A stretch of DNA of 64,000 bases from Dicyema japonicum (Eukaryota; Animalia; Dicyemida), in NCBI GenBank assembly GCA_011109175.1, contig RDEW01000017.1, forward strand, positions 1,100,279 to 1,164,278, written 5' to 3'. Below the pieces are notes generated by a model. That model saw nothing but the letters and a program-made list of their open reading frames with translations, did not search any database and was not told the origin of the DNA. Position 1 is the first letter of the stretch; every line of letters starts with the position of its first letter. This document shows positions 26,511 through 39,732 of the stretch, piece by piece. Made by a program: the position numbers and the translations under genes.

Positions 26511-27525
26511 TATTCATTTGATTCAATTTAATGCTGATGGAATTTACAATTTCTGATAGACATAAAGATTTTTCATGACAAATCGACATCCCCCAACAAA
26601 ACCATTCGACTAAATTTCTCGAATTGTCCTTTCAAACTATATTCAATCTCCCACTATCCTTTTTGTTTGGAAGTCTTGATTTGCGAATTTTCTTGTAGAA
26701 AAATAGTCCAAAACTTAATTCTCTTTATGTCTCGTTTTTGCTATTCCCTCAACGATGTTCCTCAGAGATCTGTCCTCTCTTAATTTTCAATTTCCACCTA
26801 AGAGTCACATGGCAACAACTCATACAACTTTAACGATCTCAGCATTGAATCCAAAGGTGTCAGAATCGATCGGAAATAATAAAAGCGGACTTCTCTCCAA
26901 GCAAAGCATTGGTTAAATCTGTGACAGAAATCCTAACTGGGACTAACATATTTTGAAATCTAAGTCTCTCACAAGTCACTTTCAAACAGAAACTGATTCT
27001 AAGGACGAATCGACCAGAGATACTGGTTCTGTATGATCCAAGTGTAAAAACACTAAGAAACCCTGCCGAGAAAGTATAAATTGTAGCATTTCATTGTGAG
27101 CGCCTGTTCAGTGTGAAAGGAAAAAAGTCGAACCATAAGTCTGAGCAGAATAATACATAAAATTTCTGAGCAGGAACAATGGAGTTTAAAGAAGTCACTC
27201 TCAGTGAGCCGATAATATTAGTTCGTGGTTACATTGTTCAGTTGAATGTACAGAAAAACAGCAATGCTGCTAAATGGAAAGTACATGGAAAAGATCATTG
27301 GCACTTATTCTAAAAGAAAATAAACGAGTCGATGAGATTGAAAACTTATTCCTTGTATTTTTATTAAACAGCTTACAAGTCTAAGTAACTTCAGAACGAT
27401 AACTATATTTCCGTAAATCACTGTACTCAATTTGACGCCTAACATATATTTACATTTATTTAAAAAATCAATACGAACAGAACAAAATTATGTAATTTTT
27501 TTATAATATAAATATATAATCAAGA

Positions 27526-30500
27526 TTATGTCTTAAATATCAGTTTCCTTTTCAAAAAGTATTTCTTAATTTCAAAAAATATGAAAATACTGGAAGAAAT
27601 GGCTAGAATTTCAAGAAAATCTAATTTTAAAATATAATAAACCCCTAGTAGAGAGAGCCTCCGTTTGAAATACCTTCTGTAAAGGTCGGAAATAGACAAC
27701 CATTAATTGACCAATTATGGAAAGTGTAACAGCGACCACAAAGGATTTGTTTGAGAAGAAACCAATAGAAAAAATAGATTTATCCTAAGAATTACGACAA
27801 TTATAACATTTGATCGGCAACTCAGAGCATTAAACATGTCAAACAGAACAAAACAGGTGAACGCCTGAGTAGAATAGTGAGAGGGACTATTCAAATGTTC
27901 TTTCATCTAAAAATAAATAAAAAACCAACCTCCCTATAAAATAGACTAAATACACCAATCGTAATTATTGTGGCCGCAAGGATAATGTCCACAATCAGTT
28001 TTCGACTTATTATGGGCTCAGTTGCTATACGAGGGGGACGACTCATCACGTCAGAGTCACAGGGTTCAACTCCCACACTGCAAGATGTTAAATTAGCTAA
28101 CCTCTGTGCAGGAGGACCGTCCATAATTATATTAATCCACAGAATTTGCATAGCATTTAGGGGGTTAGGAAGATTCATCAAAGTGGCAAGTCCAGTTATG
28201 GACAATGCGGCCAGACTTCTACAAATAACAACCAGACTCACGTGCTAAGCTGAAATTTTACAAAATTTCTAATATTAAAGATAATACTTCGTCCTTCACC
28301 AATGGCCTTCCTACAAAAAGTAACCATATTATCCACTCAATAGCACTGAATTCGTCCTTCGCCAGAATTACATCTGCGACTTCTCTACACGTGTCAGTCC
28401 CTGTGATTCCCATTGCGACTCCAACGTCAGCACATTTCAGAGCAGCAGCATCGTTTACTCCGTCTCCACTCATCATAACAACATTTCTGACAGCCTGGAG
28501 TCCCTAAAATAGTAAATAAAGATTAACTTTCACAATAACCAATTTATGTCTTGGAGAAGTCCTGTAAAAGACAGTAGAACGGTAAAGGACTTCCGAGAGA
28601 TAAGTTCCTTCCATCAAGTCAATTTCCTCTCCAGAGACACATGTGTCATTAGGAAGTCGAATATTCAGTTTGCCGGCTGGAAATCATAATTTTATAAAAT
28701 ACCAATATTCAAAGCAGTTTCCTTAGAATCCCCAGTAATCATTTTAATTATAATTCCCGCCTTTTGCATGATTTCTATTGAATTCGCGATTCCCTCTCTA
28801 GGTGGGTCCATGATGCCTAGTATTCCCAGATATGTCATCTCTGCAGTTGAAATCCCACGAGCTACAGCAATGACTAAAGATTAATAATTTCATTACCTCT
28901 TAAACCTCTGGAAGCAAGATTTCTGGCATCCTCAGACATTCGAGCCCGAATTTGTGGAGTAATGGTCTGGACACGATCAGAATCAAAGTAAAAATAGCAA
29001 CTTTCAATAATTCGTTCATATGCTCCCTTCATGAAGTACATATAATCGTTCTAAGCCAGTAAAATACAAAAATCACATTGTATTTGCATAAAACGGTCAT
29101 AGTCTTTGAGTCTGAAGAAAAGGGCCATTCTTGTAGTCTCTGACAACTGGAAAAGCGTGGATCAGTCATTCGAAACTTAAAAATATGTAAAAATTCACTT
29201 TCTGAACACATTTTACAATCGCCAGTTCAGTCGGTTGTCCATTCGGTACCTGGGACATAGAATTTGTCAAGGAAGGAATAACTGCGTTGCAGCACAAACA
29301 GGCCGCTTCCAACAGATATGAAACAGATATAGCCGAGCCGTTAAAACTGTGAGTCCATAATGTTTTATTTCTCCGTCATCACAGTAGCCTACTCCACTGA
29401 CAGTGAAATGCTCTCCGTCGGACGTGAAAATATTAGTGACCGTCATTTCGTTTTTTGTTAAAGTTCCAGTTTTATCACAACAGCATACATTGACACAACC
29501 TGCCTTTAACACGCAAAATTAAACCCAAAGTATCAACAGTGGACATTTTCTTCACAATACAACATAGACGAGCTATTCGAATAATAGCAATGGCCAGGGT
29601 CACAGTAACAACGATTGGAAGTCCCTCGGGAATAGACGCTACCGCCAAACTTACGGCAGTAGTGAATACACGCAATAGTTCCTTCCCTTGAAGCAGTGCA
29701 GTGGCCATTATAAGTCCAATTATGATGAAAGAGAATATTGTAAGATGTTTCCCCAAAACATACATGTTGTTTTGAAGTGGGCTCTTGGGAGGCTGACGGG
29801 TAAATAGAATATAAACCTCTTCGGAGCGCATCAGTTCAAAGACCTCACCAAATTGTGTATTTAAAGCAATAGAGATAACAACTCCCTGAATTTGAATTTT
29901 ATAACTACTTTTCCATGACCAGCCACGATATGTGTTCCCATGTAAACGATATTTGGATTAGAATTAGATTTTTCTGAAATTGGAGTAAATTCAGAAATTT
30001 TTTGTTTAGGTTCACTCTCTCCACTGAAACCAGATTCGTCAGTGTACAATCCCATGGCCTTGGTTGAGAAAAACAGAAAACTTCAAAAAGTCGAATATCT
30101 GCTGGCACTCTGTCCCCGACTTCCAGTATAATGATATCACCTGGCACCAAATCCTTGGCTTCAACGAAATCTATGTTTCCTTCCCGGAGACTAATAGTTA
30201 GTACAATAAGGAACCATCTACAAGTCATAGGAACCAATTTCTTAAGCAAGTTAAGAGATTTTTCTGATCGATATTCCTTAAATTAAAAAAATAAAATGAA
30301 ACTTGAATGAATGAAACTGACACGACTATTGTTATGGCCACAGCTATACTGATTCCGTCGTCGTAGTGTCCCATAGCAAAACTAATTAATGATGAAATAA
30401 GCAGTAAAGTAATCATTGGATCAGTGAACTTTGATATATTGGAATAATTTACATGTTGGATGTATTTTACAAATAAATTTGGTTCCAGTTTGTCTTTGAA

Positions 30501-30626
30501 TTCGTTTGATCCAGATCTAAGTCTTATTGATTCCACTTCAGAATTCGACAGGCCTTTTGACAAGTCATAGTTAAAATAATCCCGAATGTTTTCAATAGAC
30601 AAATGACTTATTTCCTCACCTTTCAT
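27526..30626 (-). CDS. ATP2C1: Secretory-pathway Ca2+/Mn2+ P-type ATPase (SPCA/PMR1), 18 micro-introns
   Basis: [30 protein letters not shown] phosphorylation motif, DPPR, MITGD, GDGVND and [19 protein letters not shown]; one 1-nt frameshift near 29350. Confidence 0.95.
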
Positions 30627-30829
30627 TTTATTTCTCAATAAGAGTATACGTGTACTTATTTTTAAATCTAAATATAATTATTAATATATTTTTAATTTTT
30701 AAAAAATTAATTAAATGTTATAAATTAGGGTTCCTATTTAGATAGCGACCCAATGTGGAGGCCTACTTAATATTATAAAGACGGTTTATTTTTCACAGAC
30801 ATTTCAGAGTTTTTGATCCTTGAGAAACG

Positions 30830-33200
30830 CCGTTTGGTGGGTATCGGTAATGGAGTAGGTTGAGATAATAAAGGAAAGATCAAGTCGAAAAGCAAGCTAC
30901 CATAATTTCAAACTTGAAGCATCAGAAGGGTCGCGGTTAGACTTCAAAATAGGAATGATTGTAGAGTATAGGTACTGATCCGTGATTAATTGAGTATTCG
31001 ATTAAATGGCTGCTGATCCATAATTAATTTAGTTGTCGATTAAATCTGTTAAAGCAAAAAACCCGTTTGGTCCGAGAATTTTTGATGATGTATGGAAAGA
31101 CAAATTTATTGCTAACAAGAAAATAAGGAGATATTTCGAGGATGTAGTATTTTTCAGTACTGCCATTGGACTTGGACACTTCACTTGTTTTCCTTTTTAG
31201 TATGACTTAGCCTGGATATGTAAGCTTGGGACTTTGGTTCTCATCTTGAAAACTTCCATTCTCCTGTTGTTAGGAGTTCATCTTCCTTTTCAGTTAATTC
31301 GCCCATTAGCCTTCATTCTAAGGCCAGTTTGGTGGATGCCCTCCTTTCCCCCCCTAATAGGGATTTGTTTTTATTTTTGGAGAAAAACCAGCCCTCACAT
31401 CCGTAGAGTAAATTTGGAAGAATTACTCACAGAAGATATATAGAAATGTCTCAGTTTACGCGTTGCTTTCGTATACATAGTAGAGCCTGCAGAGCTTCTA
31501 ATTCTGATATCTTCCATATACACACCGCTACGGTCAATATTCCCAAATAACGTAAAGGATTCACATTTTTCACTTGACCCTCTGATAAGCGAGATCCACC
31601 CGAGACATTTCCGCCGAATTTCACAAAGGACTGTTAAAAAATTTCTTATCCAGTTAAACAGGTATTTAAGAATATCAACCAACACGAGCTGAACCAGAAG
31701 ATCAAACACTGCCTCAGAAATATTTAGACATAACAAGTTAAAATGTATCCTCTATCTATTTAGCAGTAGAAACAGTCTACACACGACCTACTTGTGCGAA
31801 AGCCCAATTGAAACGGAAGCAAGAAATTTTTTTTTCAATATGCCGACACATGCGTTTGAAGATAATCCTCTCAATTATTTTCGAAATAGGCATACCTCGC
31901 TGATTGGTCTCTTTGACTTTTCTGATTTGGAAACCACCCTCTCTATAAACCTCTTACATAAGGGTGGAATAGGCTTTCATCAAACAATTTTTGTAGAACA
32001 TCAAACTTTGCATCGGGTTCTTTTTTGAACATTTATATTGTCCTGGCGAATTTGCCTTGCATTCCTTGATCGCAGTTTTCACTTCAAATATGGTAACTAC
32101 TTCCTCCATGATTCTTATGTCATCTTCACAATATTTGATTAAATCCATTGAATCTCTCTTCATGTCATCAGACATTAGGCTTATTAAGTTAAAACCTGAC
32201 GGACGAAACTACTCTCTTCCCATGGGAAAGCGGTAGATACTTGTTCTGGACGTCGCCTGCGTGGATAGCCTCTCTCTCCAACCTTGTTATAACTTACAAG
32301 ATTTCTGTAGAAGAAATCAACAGATTCTTCGAGTATAACCTCCAACACCAATCCATACTCCATCACAACAAACAACCACGTTTACGAATTCACAAGATAT
32401 ACTACAAACGACTTTTGGATTACGAACTCCACCATATCTGACACAATGTGCAGTCGAGCCAGAATTGATGCAATCATTCTGCGACTAGTAATCTCTCCAC
32501 ACACAGTTAGATCATGTTACCCTACACAACAGAGACATCTCGTCTTCTTATAGAGAGACGATATGTGTCCAAAGCGTTGGCAGTTGAAACACCTCCGTGG
32601 GCCTCTTCTGTACCATTCCCATACGATAGGAAAATATAAAACCCAAAAACGGACAAGAGATGCAGCTTCCGCCCTGGAGCCAAACTAGAACCTTTGCAAC
32701 AGGAGATCTCCTATCTCCCTTTTAGAAACGACATATACTCGTGGTAGAGTGAGCCGATTCCTTAACAAATTCATAAAGGTAATTATCATCCCAAAAAAGT
32801 GGGTTCCTCACACAATTTCGGACGGTCTCACTCGGATTTCACTGAAGTAATGGTTCCCATAACCGAAAGGTGAAGTATCATTAACTTGATTGCAAAAGTT
32901 CCTTTTGTCCTCCTCCTTTTTAAATTCAAAGTGGAATATCCCAGAGCCATGTGGCCCAATCTGTTAGATCCCGTAAATTCGATGGAGTATAGAACGTTAT
33001 ATATTTTGATGGCTTCCAAATTAGATGTTACAGAGATCTGTATAAACATATTTCCGTTGTATTCAGAAGCTGAAGGATCATAAAAGAAATAGACCTCGTG
33101 GAATTCTCAATATTGACTCAAGCTACATCGTTTTTGTTTCCAAGAATTGTTGCTATAGAACTTCCAGCCTTCGCCATGTCCTCCTATAATTCGCATGCAA
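30830..33200 (-). mobile_element. Highly degraded LINE remnant(s)
   Basis: Fragments such as EVKTAIKECKANSPG, IIPILKSN..PSDASSLK and endonuclease-like pieces; many stops. Confidence 0.45.
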
Positions 33201-33396
33201 AATCAGCTCCACGTGGCTTCATCGCTACAGCACTACACTTTTTTCTTTCATAGTCTTTTCCTCTTTAATATATTACACTTTAGTATTTTTACACGATACA
33301 CTTTTTGAGCCATTCACTTCAGCATCGAATACTATTAATCTATTGCATTCGAGTTTAGTGAGTTGTCAACAAGTGGAGTAATTAGGGATTGTAGAA

Positions 33397-33648
33397 TAAT
33401 AATAAAATTATTCAAAAGACCAAGGGTAGAACCAAACTAACTAATCCGTGATCCTGACGCGTTCCAGCGATTCCAAAACTTGTCTCCAGATAACGAAATT
33501 ATCTACCGGTTTAAAGAATAGTTGGATCCTTTTGATGCCGGCCAGGCATTGGGCGTCTCCCTAGTAAGGTGGATCCAATAATTTCATCAGAGGGAAGGAT
33601 CATAAATTTTTAACCAACTAGCCTAAAGCACGACACGGCGCCACGCGG
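33397..33648 (-). repeat. Interspersed non-coding repeat (SINE-like family B), copy 2
   Basis: Collinear with 21393-21663; A-box-like taggctagttggtt near its 5' end on the minus strand. Confidence 0.7.
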
Positions 33649-33767
33649 AATAATGAAAATATTTAATATTTGCCTGTATAAGAGAGTGAGACATTCTTGT
33701 ATGAGGGAAAGACAAATTAAATTATTATTAATAAAATATTATATTTGATTTACAATTTTAATTGTTT

Positions 33768-34454
<687 letters not shown>

Positions 34455-36339
34455 TATTCTAACAATTTCACAAAATATTAATTTCATTATTTTTTTAGTC
34501 ATAGTTTTTTATTTAGAGAAAATTAGTTGGTTTAACTCCTTTCTTGGTTAAAAATTGTTAATAATCATTCAAGGTTCGGTCTGCTCAACAGCAATATTCA
34601 ACTTGCACCTTTCGAGCTTACAAATCCGAACATACTACTTCCTCTTATGTTAATGGTATTGTAAATTCTTTGCGTCGTCTCGATGTGACCACCACTTCTG
34701 GGGTCCTTCAACAATATTTTTTCCCAGTTGAGGCTTAACAATTGTCTAGACAATTTATCAGAAAAACGATGGACTATGCAGTTCCTGACTGGAATTTCTG
34801 TTTATCAATGACGATTAATAAGAGTTAAACTCTGCCTAAGAACACGTGTCTAAAATCACTTCATAAGTGAGATGTTCGTGTTTACTAATCGCTCCTCGAC
34901 TGTTGTCAGCATATGGGTTTAAAGACTATCAGGAAAGAATCACAAAGATCAGCTTCGTCGCTGTGATTTTTCTGACTTCAAAATGACAGGTTACATCTTC
35001 TCTTGTCCTGGTCAGTCTTTGGTTTCTGCTCCATACCAGAGATATCTGACGAATCGATGGATTTATCAACGACACTACTTCTCTATAATGCATTTGTTCT
35101 CCCTATATAATCAAATGATACGAATACAATATGAGAAGCTGGAAAATACCATTAAAAACATCTACATTCTTTGTTAAAGATCCCTCAAAGAGATATTTTT
35201 GTTGTGTAAATTCAAGTCCTCAGAAGATAAAATAAGGAGAGATATGTGGGGTCTGTTCGGACATATCTTCAGAATAGATCCAACGCTATTTGCCAACGAC
35301 GTTATAGAAGCATATTTCGAGTGCACTTGAGGGTATCGAGAAAGACCGAGATACACGTTGCCTGTTGTAATCCGGAAGATTTAAGGAATTCAAAAATGAT
35401 TATAAGTGAGACAGATGACCTAGAAGCTTTCAGCTTAGACAGTCTGGACGTGTATTCTCCCACACATTTAACAGAGCATGTACATTAACATATCCATTAA
35501 GTATTTGTCACAAGTGATAAAACCTAGTTCATTTTTGATCAGTCAGCAAATATAAATAACGTGGTGTGTCTGTTGTTGTATTTTCTGCTTAATTTTGCTT
35601 ACTCAATAATTTCTGCCTATAAAAATTAAATAACGTGGTGTGTCTTATCCAAGTACTTTATAGTGATTCTGCTTATTGAAGAAGTTTGTTTTTTAGGGTG
35701 CGATGCCGTTTTTGGACGACTTCATTAGTAGGGAAGATATTCCTTTCAACGTTTGTCCTCGGGGTAACAAGCGAAAACTTGGGATTCAATGCTTTGATTG
35801 CTCTTTGTTCTTTTACCTGGGATGTGTCAGGCTGTGAAGTTTTTGAAACCTTTGTCTTATTGAATTTTCCGTGACTTTCTGAGACCAAAACAATATGATT
35901 CCCTTCTTGGAGTCACTAAATCCCTAATTATGTCTAACCCTATTTCTGGGTCACTTATCGGTAACGTTACGTCTGAAGAAATTTTTCTTGCGTCGAGGTT
36001 ACGTGTACAGAGGCGTATTCCTTAGCGACTGAGGCTCTATCCCGCGCTATTGACAGGGCTATCTCGTCTTTGGCGACCAAGGATTGGATTTCATTATTTC
36101 TCTTTTCCTTAATTGCACTTGGATTGGACTCTAATTGTCGAGGAGTTTCTACTGCTGCAAGCCTTAGGAAATCTATTCAGTCGTTTAAGGATAGAAATCT
36201 TTAATTTTCTTCTCTCTCAAGAGTCCCTTTTCATGGAAACAAAAAGTTTTCTCTTCTCCATTGGATCTGAGAGAATTTTCAATCATATTGGACTGCCATT
36301 ACCCGTTTATTTATCGAATCTGATGTAATGGCTGGGATC

Positions 36340-36720
36340 AAATCCTTTCTCACCAGGCAGCAGGGGTTTGGATGCTTTACGCTTTGGGCATATCAAAGAC
36401 CTTTCGTCATTTTTAACTTTGAGGTGTTATGGTCACATCGTTAACTAAACACGTTAACATCCTCCCATTGTCTGTGAACTCTTATTCTTCCATTGTTTCC
36501 CTTCTCGAAGCCTGGTGGTGGAGTCAGGCCTATTGTCACTGGAAGCCTATTCAGAAGATTTGCTTTCAAGCTTTCTTGCTGGCGTGTTATTGATGATCTG
36601 TCATCCAAACTGAAACCAGTACACTCGGAGAGGGCGTTCGCCTCGGGTGCGAATAGGCCATTTATGCCGCTCGTCCTCTTGTGAACTATTTAGAATTTCA
36701 AAATAAGAAAATATGCTAGC
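36340..36720 (+). mobile_element. CRE-like retrotransposon RT N-terminal remnant
   Basis: GGLDALRFGHIKDL and KPGGGVRPIVTGSLFRRFAFK. Confidence 0.6.
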
Positions 36721-36909
36721 CTTTCAACAAGATTCTACGTACAGCCCATAGTCATCGGGACGGTCTCTTTTCTAAGATGGTTCGGGTCCATGATATCGAA
36801 AGTGAGCAATGAGCGTCGGGAAACGAGTGGTTGTTCCAAAGGATTTCTCTGGCAGTTGTCAGGGGAAACAGCAATTCCATCCTATCAGCTGGGTTATTTT
36901 GATTGTCTT

Positions 36910-37140
36910 ATTTTTATTAGCACTTTCACGAGAGCCATAATATTTATAGCCCCGCATGTGCAGCAAAAAATATAAGAGAAAGAGTTAGCTTGTTCCAAGC
37001 TCTTCTGTTCTTAGCCAGATCTCTCATTGTGTCCAGGTCATCAGCAGATGCCAATGTTTTCTTTACGCCTTTCAGATCCCCTTGTAAAACGACCGGGAGG
37101 GTTGTTTTCGGTCTTCGATGAAAGCGTTTTACATTGGAGG
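36910..37140 (-). mobile_element. RTE-like LINE extreme 3' end
   Basis: RRPKTTLPVVLQGDLK...DDLDTMRDLAKNRRAW, plus a 3' UTR shared with the SINE at 41251. Confidence 0.75.
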
Positions 37141-38200
37141 AGGAGTAGTTAAATTAGATTAAATTCCAAAGACCACTGTTTAACCGAAAAAAACTAAATA
37201 AGTGATCTTCCATTGCGATATTCGGGGAATTGTCTTGTTACGTAATAAATTATTCACATTTTAATTAAAATTACAATATTTTATTAAAAATTATTCCAGA
37301 AAGATATCGAACCTATGCCACAAGAAAAGCTTAGAAAGATCAAGACAAGTAGTATTGAGATAAGGTCATATTATGAAAGGAAACAACAATGGAAAGTAAT
37401 TCAATTGTCTCTAAAACCACAAACCGCGTTATTAACCGAGAATCCATATTAATAACAAGATTATCCCAGCCAATACAAGGCTAAACATCCTGGAAGGCAT
37501 GTTTGACTAGAGACTTTCTTCAACCAAACATGTGGAAAACAAAGTGGAGTATCGATAAAGAGAATGACCATCAAAGATCGTTTAAAAAACTCTTGGAAGA
37601 AAAGTGGATACTTCACCATCTTCTAAGCCAGTTTGTCCTACGAATATTTGAACGATGCATCATTACAATGGCCATTGCCAGTTCTTCCGTGAACAAGTTG
37701 ATTACAATCCATGAAAGCACCAATAGACTCATCGGTTCTAATCCCGAGACTATGACTCTTGAAGCACTTCTACTCGGACGAAAACAAAAAATTCAGAATG
37801 CCTGGCAACCATGAACCAGACACATCGCGACACCCTTATTCAATAATCTTAAAAGCCACCCGAGATACAAGAAGACTCCAGACCCTTTAAGAAGAGGGGT
37901 TCAAAATGGCCGTGCCAGCAGCTGGGATTATTTAATTTGCCATGGCATTCATTCTCTTTAACCGTAGCAATAAACAATAATAAAACCACAAACCGCACCG
38001 TATCCCCAGTGCTTTGTGATAAAGTCAAATATAAATTTTCAAACAAAAAATAACACAAAAAATAAAATTAATAATTAAAATAATAAATTAAAATATTTAC
38101 GAACGATTGTTTAATTATAATGCCAATTAAATGCAAATAGTTGATATACTTTAACTAATTTTTAACAAAATCAGTTTGTATCTAATCTTGTAGGCTAAAA

Positions 38201-39313
38201 ATGAATTTTGAAAGTACTGCAGGAATAACCTCTCGTTCCCATTCTGCAGAGAATGTCTCCATGTTGGAGAAAGGAGTGCGCTGGCTGAAGGCCACGAATG
38301 AAAACTGGCAAGAAAAACGGCTTTTGAAGAACAGAATGGAAATTCTCGTCATTGGTCTCCCAATGTCAGGAAAAACTTGCTTTCTTAACAACTTCGGGCT
38401 CAAACAGTCTTCGGATTTCGTCAAGAAACGATCAAAGACGCAAGGACTGTGATAGAAAACCTGATTCTCATAACTATGGACAAACTTGTCGAGATTCTGC
38501 TAAAAGAAACTGACTTTATGCCTCATCTTAATGAGCTACTCGAAGGTTTTCAGAACAGAAGAAAGAAACTTGAGAGCCTATCGAGGCTAAAAGTGATAAT
38601 AAATCAGATTCTTTTGTATCCAATGTCAGAAAATGCGATTTTAAAGCACTACTTTGAATTTGTATTTAATTATGTTAGTTTTAGCCCCAAAATTTTCGAT
38701 ATTTCCTGGACAGAATCAATAAATTTGATAATAAAGTAATTTATGACACTACTCAATTTAGGGATATTTAACAACTGCAGATGACATCATCAGAGCTCCG
38801 ATTCATTCAGAAGAAGTCGAGGAGGCCGGGTTGATCATTCGAAGGAATCCTTATGCTATTACCGTTCTCAGTGGATCCCGGCTGTTGGCTTCAGTCAAAT
38901 CCACGGCATTTTTTTCTAAATCAGCTGCAATTATTTTCATAGTGAATTTGGATCGTTTTGAATACGATCTGGAAAAGGCTTTTCAAGTTTTCCACGAGAT
39001 AACCCACATATCATACTTAGACAGAGCTTCCTTTCTGATTCTCCTCAATAGAAGCAAGGATTTCAGTAAGAAAATCAACTCAGTTAACTTTGCCGGTGTT
39101 TTTCCTGATTTTAACAAATATGATACTGAAACTGGACAAGCGAAAAGAGTCGAAGAGTACACTAACAATCGTCTGAAAAAATGTCTTTTGAAGAGTCAAA
39201 TTCAGTATTCACATGCGTGTGATATTGTTTGTTGCTTCTCAACCAGAGACTTTCACTATTGCATAAAGTCAACTGTAATGAGTTACAATTTGTCTAACTA
39301 CTATTTTATGTGA
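38201..39313 (+). CDS. Highly divergent heterotrimeric G-protein alpha subunit (probable pseudo-GTPase); introns 38662-38684, 38736-38761
   Basis: ILVIGLPMSGKT P-loop, helical insert, RYFLDRI..YLTTADDIIRA, AIIFIVNL, FLILLN and FPDF are collinear with G-alpha; one 1-nt frameshift near 38417. Confidence 0.8.
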
Positions 39314-39732
39314 CTCAATAATTCATTAACTTTAAATGTTGTCACAACAGTTTAATGGGTCAGACTGAGTTATTTTAATATGTAATCTTTGCTGTTGTGC
39401 AAGTCTTGAAGAGAAAGTATTATGATTTATTAATCAGCAATTGAAATCAAAATGAGGTTAATTTAAACATGGAGATTAACAATTGCCAATTAAAATTTAA
39501 TTTAGCGAAATTGATTTGGACAATTAGGCGTACTTTAGTGGTAAACATATCGATTTATGCCTTCAAGTGGAAATTATCTAAAATTATCATTGCGTTTAAA
39601 TATTGAAATCAGGTTAGGATTTTAATAATTTAAAATCAAAGAATTAAATTAATAATTTATGAAATTAAATAATTTAAATTCATCGTATCGTTTATTGTCA
39701 TTCAGGCTTTAGTAAATCAATCTGAAAACAAA

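Noticed and set aside
33540-33600. Hammerhead ribozyme (ctgatga on the minus strand) in repeat family B
   Set aside because: No stem II plus GAAA arrangement, and the core is not conserved in the second copy
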